Shown: in pieces, positions 26,489 through 40,500 of the stretch
Layout of the letters: each line of letters begins with the position of its first letter
How positions within the stretch are numbered: position 1 is the stretch's first letter
Assembly: GCA_973851085.1 (NCBI GenBank)
Contig: OZ316776.1
Coordinates: 11,408,001-11,472,000 of the forward strand
Source of the DNA: Ptychomitrium polyphyllum
Taxonomy: Eukaryota
DNA: 64,000 nucleotides
Direction: 5' to 3'
Notes under the pieces: generated by a model
What the model saw: the letters and a program-made list of their open reading frames with translations, nothing else
The model's database searches: none
Told to the model about the DNA's origin: nothing
Made by a program: the position numbers and the translations under genes

Positions 26489-29400
26489 CCCAGATGCTTC
26501 CTCCCAGAGAACGAAAGAGCGAATGGCCTCTCCACTGCCCTGCGCGACTCCTTGATTCAAGGAGAGAGACGATGGCAGCGAACGAGCCCTGAGAACGCCC
26601 GCGATCTGCCCCGCGAACGCCCCAAACGGCACTGTGGGGAAGGGGAACGGACGCGCGGTGGATAACGGCGGCGGACGAGAAGGCAGGGGAACGGACGAAA
26701 CGCGACAGGCGAGGGGCCGTTTAAATTCGGCATGGGAAAGGGGGGACGTGACGGCCACAAGGACGGCCAACGCGGAACGGTATTAATTGGGGTGCGCTCT
26801 TAATTAATCCCAGGGCCCAACAATTCCCTTTCAGGTGGGTCACTTCACTCACTTCACCGGCGTCAGTGAAGTTGAACGTTTTTGGAGAAGGGAAGCCAGT
26901 GTTTTTTGAAACTTTATTAATGGGGTGGTGTGGGGTGGTGTGGGGTTGTGGGGGGTTGTGGGGGGTTCCCCAAAATAAAGGCATCTTCACATTTAAGGGA
27001 GGGGTTGCTTTTACCATGGGGAACCTCATTGAAAGGGCCACACCTTGCTTCCACATTCAATAGTGGTGTGATAATTGACTCCTCTCATAAATATGTTAAG
27101 ATTTGGGGCTGCACATCCTGGGCCATTACTTCTTCAATCACGGTTAATCAACCAAAAGGGATGTGTTTTTTAATGGAGGAACTTAAGGGGCGATGGAGTC
27201 TCTATCAGGCAGGCTTGCCATCACGGTTTGCAATAAGAGCTGGGCTTCTAAATGGTGCAGTAAATTCTGAATTGATGTTTAGTCAGGGGTGAATAGCCCT
27301 ACATGTAGCATATTGGCTCTTGATTTTGCTAATTAAAAGAGTAATTGCACGTGTCATTTCTAAGGGCTGAAACGCTGCATTATGAGGAAACATTTGCATT
27401 TCATCTCACACACTTTAGATGATAGAAGGAAATATTGTCCTACCTACATAAATTATATTTTTTGAGTAATAAAGGAACATCTGAGTAAACACTGGTATGT
27501 CGGATATTGGAAGAAATCTTGTTGGAACTCAGGTTTTAATGTGCACTTTTGTTGGAAATTGAGGCTTCATAAGTTAAATAAGTAACTGGAAAATAATCTT
27601 TGCCTTCTTCATCTTCACATAGAGAGACAGGCCCAAGTAGGTGCATCATCCTGTATAATGACACAATGTGAGTTTCTTTTGCACAATGAGTCCAATGATT
27701 AATTCTTCATGTTCATATGGAGCAGTATTCAGCATACATTCAGTATTCAGCCACTTGGAGTGAGTTTTGACATACTGGATATCTGTTCTTATCAGTGTTC
27801 CTGACTAGATGACCTATGCACTCTGGGCAGGATTATGTGCAACTTACAATTTTATTTATTTTTGTTGTGGAATTATCTGCAATGCCAAAAGTTCAAAAAG
27901 AAAAAAACATTCATATATGAGAGATTGTGCCTAAAAATGATAGACTCACTTTACAAGTCTTGTGCAGCTTGCACCTCCACTGATTCTTTTTGTTTCACAC
28001 TGGGATAACATAGAGCAACCCTAAACCCATAATCCTTTAAGGACCAACTTATAGATTAATTCAATTTCTTTGTAGAGGATAAATAACACTTTACTTCTAC
28101 TACCACTCCTCATATTAAAAAAATGTTTAAATTTTTGTTGGTTTAAGGTAAGTGTACCTTAATTCACTAACTCTTTTTGTTTTTTAAAAACATTTTGGAA
28201 TTAATATTGCTTTTCTTTTGATGATTTAGCCAACTTCTGACCAAAGAAAAGGTCTAACTATATGATACAAAAAAATCTTAGAAAAATAAACAAAAATAGT
28301 AACCAAATTACCTGCATGAAATCCAAATGTAAGTCATTTTAAACTTGAGTTTTCCCTAGATATCATCTTGGTAACACATGTACATGACCCTAACTCTTAT
28401 GTATTCATACAAGAAAAGTATTCTAGAAGCCTGGATTACCTATCAAGCTCTGGCAAAAAACTATCCCTAGTTTGGGTTTCAAGGGGATCATTCACTGCCC
28501 ACAGTTCAATACCAATCAAAACAGTCTCTTGTCTCTAAGCAGCCACACATTTTGCATGCAGATAAGTCACTTCAGTGTTTGCACAGCCTAGGTTGATGTT
28601 TATATCAGGCTTAGCTTACCGTAGTCACGTAGCAGGTTAGTAACTAATCAGTCCTAAAAGTAATGAAGAAATTTTTGGAATTTTTTTTTCAAGTATTCCA
28701 ATCTTTCTTGAGGGGCTTGCATAAATGAAGTGCTTGAATCCCTTAATCTTTTGTATTCCAAACAATCAAAAAATTATTGATTTAGATAGTTTTGAATATT
28801 TTACTCTACAATGACAATATTGAAAGATGTTTCTCATTTACATTTATAAATAATTGGAGCTTTTTTTTGTAATCTACCCCTTAACTTTGATTGGTGTGGT
28901 TTTTAAAAAGAACATAATATATAAGACAAATATAGTTGTGTGAATCAATTAAAAAATTTATAAAATTGGATTCCTAATATATAATTGTGGTGACTAAAAA
29001 AAACAAGAAAGTCAAAATAATCAATGGTTCAATGTTTTTGTAAAATTTTTGGTTTTGGTTAGGTTTTAGTATTTGCTTTTGTATTAGCAATGCATATACA
29101 ACATTTGGCATCTTTCATGGATTTGGCCTTTATTGATCCATCTCATGTTTCCTTAAAGTTGGACTTGTGCACTACAATTGATTATGTTTTCAAGTTTGTA
29201 CTTCAAACCCTCAAACACAAGATTTTAGTGTGAAAATTCCAACTATCAAGTTTCTAACTTTTCCATGCTTATTGCAAGACTATAAAGTAATAAGTTTTTT
29301 TTTTCAATGTTTTTCATGTGTTATTGAGATGAAAAAGTGATCATATTTAATTTGCATTAACACCACATTTATTGTATAAACAATATATATTGAATGTGCT

Positions 29401-29617
29401 ACAAACATGTTTTTAATGTTTTTCATCTATAAATGGGATGAAAAGAAAATTGTATTTGATTCATAATAACATTAAAAACATATTTATAATACCTCCTTTA
29501 TATATGTATCGATTATATAAAAAATATAACATTACCAAATATCAAGTTTAAAATTTATACTAGTCTACACAACACACAAAATATGTTGTAAAAACATAAA
29601 TTGTTAAATTTATAATA

Positions 29618-30141
29618 CATGCATAGGAAGAAAATGACCACCATTATGAAAAGTATATAGAAAGACAATGACCACCATTATGAAAGGCATGCAAAAAGAA
29701 GATGGCTACCATTATGAAAGGCATGCAGATAGAAATGACCACCATTATGAATGTATACACAAAGAAGATGACCACCATTATGAAAGGCATGCAAGAAGAA
29801 GATGACCACCATTATGAAAGGCATGCAGATAGAAAATGACCACCATTATGAATGTATATACAAAGAAAATGACCACCATTATGAAATGTATACACAAAGA
29901 AAATGACCACCATTATGAAAAGCATGCAAGAAGAAGATGACCAGATAGAAATGACAACCATTATGAAAGGCATGCAGATTGAAAATGATCACCGTTATAA
30001 AAGGCATGCAAGAAGAAGATGACCACCATTATGAAAGGCATGCAGATAGAAATGACAACCATTATGAAAGCCATGCAGATAGAAAATGACCACCATTATG
30101 AAAGGCTTGTAGGAAGAAGATGACCACCATTATGAAAGGCA
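29618..30141. repeat. Minisatellite, about 16 units of 33-34 bp, core ATGACCACCATTATGAA
   Basis: The core recurs every 33-34 bp from 29634 to 30120, with one truncated unit at about 29937, and is followed by one of three related variable halves. Confidence 0.95.
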
Positions 30142-30915
30142 CTATAACTTTGATGTGATACTTTAATTTCTCAAAGTTGCACACAATTTTTTTAACATAA
30201 TAATGATTTATTATTTAAAACAATTAGTGAGTTTTGTGGGTGCTAAATGAATGTCAACATAATACTAAGATAATACATCATTGTTGACGTTGGAAGGATT
30301 GACATAAAAATGATATCAAATTATAGATTGTATAATGACATTAAACTTGTGTCAAGTTACAGTATTAGCCTTCCATCATGATGCTAATAAATCACTTGTA
30401 TGCTAAGCTAATATTAAAGTAATTGTAATAGGGATGTAAAAATGACACATAATGTCATTATAACTTAGTTGCTGAGTTTTTGACCTTCAAGTTTGTAATA
30501 AACACATCTTTTGATAAAAATACAAATATAATTAAATAAAAGAATATTAACTACATTAATGTTGTCGTTAAGACATATGTAAAAAATCCTTAACAAACTC
30601 ATACAGTGATATATTTTTTGTAATTCTAAAATCAAAATAATCTTTATAAGTTATTGGTTATCATATATAAATATCAATAATTTAAATGTCTTATTTTATG
30701 ATATCTTGTAAATTATATAAAAATCTTTGATTAAAAAAAACTAAACTAATTGAATTCAAACATTAAATTTTATAATAAAATAAAAGTATATGAAGCACAA
30801 TATTCACAAAAGCAATTAGTTTTTTTAGTAATTTTTAATAGCTCAAAGTGCTAAAAAATAATTATGTATTGGAAATTGACCATATTGAAATGATTTCAAA
30901 CAACCCAATTTGAAA

Positions 30916-30917
<2 letters not shown>

Positions 30918-30953
<36 letters not shown>
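30918..30953. repeat. (TA)n microsatellite
   Basis: gtatatatacatatatatata... read directly. Confidence 0.9.
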
Positions 30954-30956
<3 letters not shown>

Positions 30957-32165
30957 TCATTAAAAGAAAAATAAAAATTAAATTGACATAAGAGAATCAT
31001 CCAAAAGAATTGCCTAATCTAATGTTGATTGTACAAAGCTATAAAAACTAATGTAATATATAATGTAAACATCATTTAATTAAAATAATACATAATCTTT
31101 AAAATTTTCTATGAGAATTGACCAAAAAAATTGATTGTGTTATCATTCTTATATTTACATATCATACTTAAATTACAAACAAAAAATTTACAAAATTAAG
31201 AATTTACAACAAATTGTACTGAAATTATAATTCTTACATGTGAATTGAATATAAAAAGTGTATACTTTAGGTATTGTAAATTTATGTAAACTTATGAAAA
31301 CTAAAATAAACATCATTAAAATAATTAACTGCACTGTTCATTTTTATCACCATGTCTCCATATTCCCCTCGTCATTTACACCTCCTACAAAAATATTTAT
31401 GTTACTCATTCTTACCTTCACCATTCACACCTTTTACAAGTTCTCTCCAGTAGCACATTCATCTATCTTCCCTTGTACTCTTTTCACTTGAGTGAAAGCA
31501 ATTAGATATAAAGCATTTAGAAGGGACCTTAGCTGTTAGTAATGGACTTCAATACTTTTACATACAGGAGAAAGAAGTAAGTAAACAACATAGATTTTCA
31601 AGACTAGTTCAAAGAACCATAGTCATTGATCTGCATATGTGGATGAGGAATGATGTGAGTTGTGGGCACAAACTATGAACACTGTAGGAAGAAGAACAAC
31701 TACCCCAGAAGGGTTTGTGTCAAATGAAATGCATTTCATGGTCAGGAAGAAATCTAGCAGTTGAATTTTACCATTAAAGAAGAAATGAACACCAGTTAAT
31801 TTTCAGCATCCAAGCAAAGACCCAAGGTGACAGCCACAATGCATCATGAATCCAAACAATCCATTGAACTATCAGATGTGTGACACTTAACTTACACTCA
31901 CCTCCAGCTACAATGCACCATCAATGCATTGAGCAATATATTGAACCAAGTGTGAGGAAGTGAGGTTGGAGTTTGAGAGCAAACACTTTAAAGTGTGAGA
32001 AAATGGAGTTGTAGTTTTGAGGTGCTTTTTTTAAGGATAAGTTTGTATATTGGCCAATTAACAAAAGGGCCCCAGCAACCACCCTTGAGGGTGCTGTATT
32101 TGTACTATGAACCTTTGCTCACCATTGAAGAATTCACCCTGGACTCCAGTATCCCATGAGTATGT

Positions 32166-32312
32166 TGACACCAACTTAAAAATTACAAGCATCTCCAAGC
32201 TTCCAAAGCCGTTTGTGGAACAGTGGAACTCAGTGACACCAACTTAAAAATTACAAGCATCTCCAAGCTTCCAAAGCCGTTTGTGGAACAGTGGAACTCA
32301 GTGACACCAACT
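32166..32312. repeat. Perfect tandem duplication, 68-bp unit x2 plus partial third
   Basis: tgacaccaacttaaaaattacaagcatctccaagcttccaaagccgtttgtggaacagtggaactcag occurs twice, followed by tgacaccaact. Confidence 0.93.
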
Positions 32313-33610
32313 TTCTATCACTTGAGCCTGGAGGGACATATACAGTATCATGCAGTATCATTAAGAGTAACTTGCAGTAGTTCCCCGCATTTTCATGAAC
32401 TTCAATAAAGGTTCTGTGGAGTCTTCACATCATTTACATCACCCCTTGGTACACAACACAGTTACATCACAATAGCACAGCATTCTCATCATTGCAGGCA
32501 ACCAGCCACATTAACCATTGTAGTGCATGTTTTTGCAAGTCCCTTTCACATGGGAGGAAGTCCTCCAGTGTGGCATAAAAGAAAGAGTCTTTTTGGTCCT
32601 TGCATGCACTCATCTTTCACACATTGTAAGTCAACTTTTAACAGAAATATTGTTACAGGAAGAAAGATGAGTAATTGATAATGATGAATCATGCACACTT
32701 TTAAGGTTTGAGTCTTGGTTTGTAATTCTATGTGGCAAAAAAAATTAACATGATATTTACACATTTTGTAATATCAAATGCCAAAAAATAATTTAAAAAT
32801 CTTACTTTTCTCACATCTAATACTACAAAAATTTTGTATTTAAAGGGAAGGAAGAAATTCAATTGATTGCCCAAATTTTCTTATTTCACTTAGTAGTATT
32901 AATAAACTTGTATCATTGCAATTTCTATTAGAGTATGTAGAAGCTAGAAGCTACTTGTTTTAAGGAAAGTTTGTGATTATAGGTTGGTTTTCCTTCTTCT
33001 TTTGTAATGTGCATTGCATTTTTACAAATGTCTATACATGTATTTGTTGTCTTATAAATCAACATGTGTTAAATATATATATAATATTTACGGTGGTATT
33101 TTAATTAAATTTTTTTTTCAGATGATGTGAGTACATATATGCAATGCAATGTATCCTTTAAATGTGTATTTTTACACCATCAACACTTTGTTGACTTATA
33201 AATAATGGTCATATTTGGTGGTGCCAGCAATGATTAGCAGTCAATTGTAAAGCCTTAAAGGTATAATATAATAATATATTCTTACCTAAATAGTATGTAT
33301 AGGATCTAAAGGAGTTAAATTTAATTTTAAGGCTTATAGAAGTGTGAAAATTGATTATTTGGAAACTAAATTAGATAATTGTAACCTTTGGCAATCATTT
33401 CTTTTCAAAATTTGCTTATAGTGGTTGTTGTTGAAACTTAGGAGATGAAGGCCTTCTTTATTTAAAGTAAATGATGGCAAGTTTATTAATATACTAAATT
33501 TGAAATATTTCTCTATTGAATTTATTTATTGTGCAAAACTAATTCTATATGAAACAAAAAAAAAAGATTCAAAATTTTAGAATTTAAGTGTTTAGTATTG
33601 TGGTGTTAAA

Positions 33611-36600
33611 ATGAAGAGATCAAATAAAGATAGTTATCATCAAAGGCAAGAGTATGTAGAGCATGAAGAGGTTTATATTTTGTCATTTTTGTATTTTTAT
33701 CTATGTAACATTTGAATCATATTAAAGTTTCCTCCATAAACTTCTTTTGTTCCATCTATATCCTGTTCTTATTATTTCATTCCATTTTTCAATGTTTTAA
33801 AGAAAAAATTATGTTATGTATCTTAAAGATTATTTGTATTACTAGTTTAAAACTAAATCACAATAATTTGTATCAGAATCCAATTGTATCAACATCCTAC
33901 ATTAATTTATTGAAGATTCTTAAACATCTTCAAAGCAAATTGAAAGTTCCTTGTGCTTTATTTTCAATCATCTTTATCTTATGGTTGATACAACTAATGT
34001 GGAACAATTTACATTTCAATACCATCGCCAAGTACGGTCTATATGTGAAGTCTAAAGATGTGTTTCCAAATAACACTTTGGCAACAAGAGGAAGGCGGAC
34101 TGCCATGCAAAGTTGTCTAAATCAAGCATCATGGGATCTATTGGGTTCTTCAAAATCTTCTTCTCTTTATACAAAATTCAGTATTGATGGAAAAGCATAC
34201 AATCTTGAAGTTGACACTGGAAGCTTTCTTACATGGTTTAGATGTAACATTGAAGTATACCAGGTTGCAAATGATGTGTAGATCTTACCATATTTAGAAT
34301 TATACAGTTGTGATTGTAACTAACAAACTTTAGTTAACATGCTTTGTTACAAAACTTTTCAACCATGGCTTCATGGACTTCATGTATGTAATTATTTTTG
34401 GAGTGATCAACAAATGATCATTTGTGTCTAATTTTACTCTTTTTAAATCATTTTTTTGTAATTTACTGTGAAGGAAAATCACCATTTATTAAAATGCAAT
34501 CTAAAAAATTTAAATGTTTGTGATCCAGGGAAAAGTAATCTCTCATATGGATCCAAATTGTAAAAAAGTAGCTGGAAAACATTTTGTAGCCCTGAATGAA
34601 GACCTTTGTTCATATCATGTTGTATATGAAGACAACAGTCATTCAATTGGTGTTATTGTCAAATCAAACATACAAATAAAAATCACAAATATGATTACAG
34701 GAGTAACTGCAATATACATAGATGAAACGCTTTTAGGGTGATTATCCAAATTATTTTGAATAGTATGTTATATTTGGATTTTTAATGTTTAATTGAGAAA
34801 ATTCAACATTACTAAGAAACATTTTTCATGAATCCTATATTGACCATTGAACATAAACTAAATAATTTTAGAAATACATGTGTACTTAATTTGTGGTGAA
34901 TTTTTAATTATGTCATAGAAATTAAATTCTTTAGTGTTAATACCATGAAGTTATAATAATCACATTTGACAACATCAATAGGTGCAGCTACAGAGACTTT
35001 AATCCAATTCGTGAATATAAAGATGCTATTGATGGATTACTGGGCCTAGCTAGATCTACACATGGTATCCAAGTTTCTTTATTAAAACATGGAATTCCTT
35101 TATATTTTGGAATTTGTTTTAAGGACTTTTTAAACAAGAAAGAAGAAACAAAAGTTGGATATTTGTATTTTGGAAATCATCATAGTTTAGACTATTCAAC
35201 TCATATAAAATGGATTGATTTTCCTGAAGACTACATATTTGGAGATGAGTATGTTCTTCATTGACCAATACATCATGAAGTTTGTATGACAAGACTAATT
35301 AAGTTTGTAGGTATTTTTTAAAACTTTATCTTGTAATGCTTCAAATATGGCCAAAATGCATCAATATTTTTTTGATCAATTAAAAATATTTGAAATCATG
35401 CAGTTTGAAAATTAATAAGGAAATTTTCATAAATTAATTACATAAGCTTTGTATCAAATATTGATTAACAAAAAAATATGATAACACAATGACTACAAAA
35501 AAATTCATGTTGTAAATTTATAATGTGTTTAAGAAGAAAATAATTTAACTATTTTTAATTCTCTTTTCGAATTTAGAAATATTTGAATTTTCTTTAAAAT
35601 AATCACAAATTAATAACTGTTCATTTTTTGTTGCTTTGTAATATTATCTTTGAATTGATTTGTGAACTTGTAGCATTAGTATTCATCAATATTTTAAATA
35701 TGTTTTGTGTTATGGTCAAATAAATTTTTGATTGTAGTATATAGATGTTCATGAATTTAATGATAATATTGTGTAAGAAAATCAAAAATTAATACAAACT
35801 TGATTACATAATTATGTTTAATTATAATACACAATTGTTGAATTTGACTAAAAAGGTATTTGTTAAACCATTAAATATATAAAATTCAAAAAAATTGTAT
35901 TATCACATTGATATTTTTTTCTGGAATTTTTTTAAAGTATATATTAATCATGAATTAATGCATCCGATACATAAGTAATTGTATAAAAATGAAAGCGTTT
36001 TATTTGTTCACTTCTATGTATAGTAAAAGAACTTATATTCTTACAATGATTTAAGTACAAAATTCAAAGTAAAGCTAATAATTATTTGTCAGCATTAAAT
36101 TATCAGGTGTTTTTGTAGTTATCATGGATAAACTTACTGGACCATTACATGGTCTATAGACTACAAAGTTGTTGAAAATAAATTATCAAAAAGAATTCTA
36201 ATTAACTGAAATTTATACTATGAAATTGATTTATTGCTAAAAAACTAATAATTTATTTTAGATATTTAATTAATATTTTTTGTAGATCCTATGAACTAAG
36301 AATTTCTAATTTATGGATTGAAGATGATATTAACATTCCAATAAATGCTAATATGATGATGGATACTGGAACTCCACTCACTTTTGTGGAAGCCAGTCTT
36401 TTTGAAACTCTTATCTATTATGTATGTTTAATTTAATTATACTCTTGTATATATTATAAATGTACAATCTGATTTTGCCAAAACATATTATGAAATAGTG
36501 TAGTAATAATATAGTTTTTATTTTATTTATTTATAAAACTTTAAATATTGAATTATTGTAATGCACTATTTAGATAAATGAAAGAGCTTTAGAGGCTGGC

Positions 36601-37534
36601 TATGCTATATATGAAGAACCTCTTAAGCATTTCAAATGTTGGAATTTTCCTGAACCTCTAGATGAAAGGTGAATTTTGATTAATTATTTTGTAACCAATT
36701 TTTTACTATAATAATATATTATGATACAAAAATATAATCAAGTTAGCTCATGAATATCATTTATAGAAATTGCAATTAAATTGGTTCATCAATCATTTTA
36801 AATTTTAAATTTGTTGAAATAAATAGTTTTGATATGATGGAAATGCTGTCATTTGACTTTCCAAATTTAAAGCTCCAATTTTCTAATGGAAACAAATTTA
36901 TAATATCTCCAACAAAGTACCTTGCTTCTTATGCATTTGTAAGTATTATATACTACATTTAGTTATTGAAATAAATATTAAATTATATATATATAGGTAC
37001 GAAGTTAAAAACTAATAATTTCTAATATGAACATTTGATTAAATTTACTTATTTTTCTTAATATGTTTTTATGAAGATACAAGATGGAATTTGTGCAAAT
37101 ATGCGAAGCTTTAATACTATAGTGGAATATCCAAAAAATGTAATGATACTTGGTGGTAAGTTTTGATTATAATTTAAGATGATATAACATCCATTTTCTT
37201 TATACAATAATAACCAACATATATAATTATGATAATTAAAGTTGTATATTATTAATTTATGTTTAATCTTTTAAGTTCATATACTTGTATTTTATATATG
37301 ACATTATCCAAACAATATTTTTACTTCTTCATATTATTATTTGGAATAATATTGAACCAAATTTCAAAATCAAAATAAATTAATATAAACCTCTATAAAG
37401 CTCCAAATTAAATACATTAAATTAACACATGTTTTACATAAACAGCACGAATGATGGCTGAGTATCATTTAGTATTTGACAATGAAAAAGATCGTTTTGG
37501 ATTTATGCCATTACCAAATTGTTACTACAATTAA
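33611..37534 (+). CDS. Pepsin-family (A1) aspartic protease, nucellin/APCB1-like architecture, about 477 aa, 9 exons, very AT-rich
   Basis: Exons 33611-33670 (putative first exon), 33877-34263, 34529-34737, 34982-35248, 36286-36421, 36574-36668, 36827-36938, 37077-37155 and 37446-37534. All junctions are GT-AG and phase-compatible, with no internal stop. Motifs: hydrophobic N-terminal segment (ALFSIIFILWLIQL), YNLEVDTGSFLTW, CSYHVVYEDNSHSIG, GCSY, DGLLGL, GYLYFG, MMDTGTPLTF, ILGA and LVFDNEKDRFGF. Confidence 0.88.
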
Positions 37535-40500
37535 TAAAAGAAATAGAAGTAATAAACTACCAAAAAAAAAGTTACCAAGTTATGTTTACAAAAGGTGAAT
37601 TTTGCTGAATCTCATAAAAATTTAGAAATGACATTTAAATAACAATCATCATATTTTAAAATAAAAATTCATTTCAAATAACAATAAACATTAAGCTATT
37701 TATATTTTTATGCATCACAAAACAAAGTTTTTAATGAATTAGCATATTTATTATTGTTTGATTTATTCAATTACTTCATAAATTGTTTAAATTGAATTTG
37801 TTGTTGTCCACATATCTATTTGATTACTTAAGATTGTAGATTGACTCTAAAAATATTGAAGCCACTTGATAGAATTTAAATGCATTATAAAATGTAACTT
37901 TTATGACTTCAAAGAGCTTAATTCAAAAGATTAATAAATGAAGAATGATGACTAGATATTATTTGTATGTTCAAAGACCTCAACATGTTGGATCTTTATT
38001 AAATTAAAATAAAATTATTTTCTTTCCAACAATTACAAATAAAATCTTCAATTTTACTTGTTGAAATCTTGTGATTGATTTAGATTATTTTGAAAGCTGT
38101 CTTAAATAAAAATTCTAAAAAAAATATTATCAACTATTAAAAAATTCAACACTTGCAAATTTGTTGATTTTTTTTTTTTTTTTTCTATATAATGAAATAT
38201 CAAACATTTAGTTTTATTTTGAAATAGTCTACTGGAAAATTACATTCATTTAAATTTTTTTTGGAATAGATAGATTTTAATAAAATTGATTCTTTGAATC
38301 TTAAAAGACCTTCAAAATGTTATTGCAGCTCATTTTGGTTTCTATAAAGCTTTAGGAGTTGAAAACATCATCCACATATGAAATCATCTCAACTTATAAA
38401 AGTATATTTTGAAAATAAACCTGAAATTGATTTATTATTTCAAGTTGATATTAACCTTCAAGATATGGAAAAAAATAATAAGTACTTCTTATACTATAAA
38501 TAATGAAAGAAAATAATTATTAAAATATTAAATCCTACATAAGCTTGTTTCAAAAATTTGCATAAAATGATGTAAATATCTTTAACACCTAATACATTGT
38601 TTAATACATATTATGAATCATTTTCATAGGAGGAATATAAAATACTTCCAAATAATTTATATTTGTAAATTAATAATTAATTTAGCAATCTATATATTAC
38701 ATATGCATTAATTTTATTTTCTATGCATTAATCTTTCAATGGTGGTTGTTTTAAGTTACATTTTATATGCAATTTTTTCTTGAACTTTGTTGTTATCATG
38801 TGAATAAAATCTATTTTATAATTTATCAAAATTATCAAATTGCATCAATTAACTTTAGATACATATATCTGGTGCAAACTTCTGTGAAATAAAATTAAAA
38901 CATATTTTTGCAAACGGCCAAGTTCTAAGCATAAATTGTATAATGTATTAAGATTTAAGGTCAAAAGACATGGTCCAAAGCTTTATTGCAAAAGAAAATA
39001 AGAAAATAAGGAGGGTTGACAAAAATATTTAAAATTTGTATTTTAGATTTTAATCATTATTTTCATTGAAATCCTATTGAACTTACAAATTTCAATTAAA
39101 AATGTTAATTGATCTTATATTAATTTTACAAATAGTATTGATATTTATCAAGGTAATCATAAAAATATATGAAATAATGGTCATTAAGTATTAAGTACAA
39201 TGATTAGATAGGTCAATATAAGAAAGTTTCATATTAATGTATCAAAATATTTTTATAATTATATAATTTAATTGCAATTTGAATGTAAGTACTAAATTGC
39301 TTCAAATAAATACTAAATTTTTGTTTGAGAGTCCACAATGATATATTTATTTGAGTAGAATTTAATGAAGGAAACAAATATGTATACGTTTGCTATATAC
39401 AACTATTAAAGCAAAACAATCATGTTTCATGTATAATAAGTTATAATATCATTTGATACTAAAGTTCATAATTAAGAAATTGAATCCAATAAAAATAAAA
39501 ACTAAATAACATATTTCAAACCTCAATAAGCTTCAAAACTACTATGTAAAGATAATGCTCAAAGTTTCAACTGTTTTGTTATTGTGAACTTTGGTGGAAC
39601 TATGTATAACTCCCTAATATTATTCTACGTTTTGAAATGAATTGAATACAGCATTTTTAATATCATACATTATACCAGTACATTAGAATATTGTAATTTT
39701 ACTTTATCACATACCCCCATTAAATTCAAAACTTTAAAATTAAATATTTTAAATCAAAAAATTAATACATGTTAAAAACTTATTATTATATTAGGCATAT
39801 TTTGGGCTGGTTTTATGTGTTTGGTTTATAGAATAAGGTGGTTGCACATCAATGTAATGTTGTAATATCTTGCATTATTTTTCAAGCTTTGAAAATTCAC
39901 AAGGCAATAACTCTCATTCAAAATGTTAATTACCTAATTTCGTTGTAACATGAAAAATGAAAAATCATAAAATGAGTTTGGAAAAAAATATAATTGCAAT
40001 GAAAATTTGATGTTCTGGTATATGAATGCTTTATTGCGAGCACTCTATATTCTAAATTCAGCAAAAACAAAGACTAAATTGGACTTTTGATTTAGACTCT
40101 TGACTTAATGCAAGCATTTTTTAATTTAATAAATTTATATGCGTGAATCAAAAAGCAACTATACTGATTTCAGGCTTTACAACCAAGGCTTTATTTTAGA
40201 CCTAAATTTGCATTGTGACCTATCTTGGTAGTTAAATATTGATTCACAAGAAGTACAGTTAGTGTGTGCTTGAATTTTGAATTCCAACTTAATAAGAGCC
40301 CAATTGCATTATACAAGTATGAATATTTTAAAGGTCATTATCACTAAAATATTATGAGAACAATTGATAGAAATCAAATTAATGGAAATTATCTTGCTAC
40401 AAGTTTTTTGTATTTTATGAATCTGCTCCTATATCAGTGTTGAAATACATTAAAATTAGACACTGTATTCTATGATCTTTATCAAATAGAAAAAAAATAC

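Noticed and set aside
29618..30141. CRISPR-like repeat-spacer array
   Set aside because: The variable parts are only 16-17 bp and are homologous to each other, there are no cas genes, and the context is eukaryotic. It is a minisatellite, and mixed 33/34-bp units rule out a long ORF.
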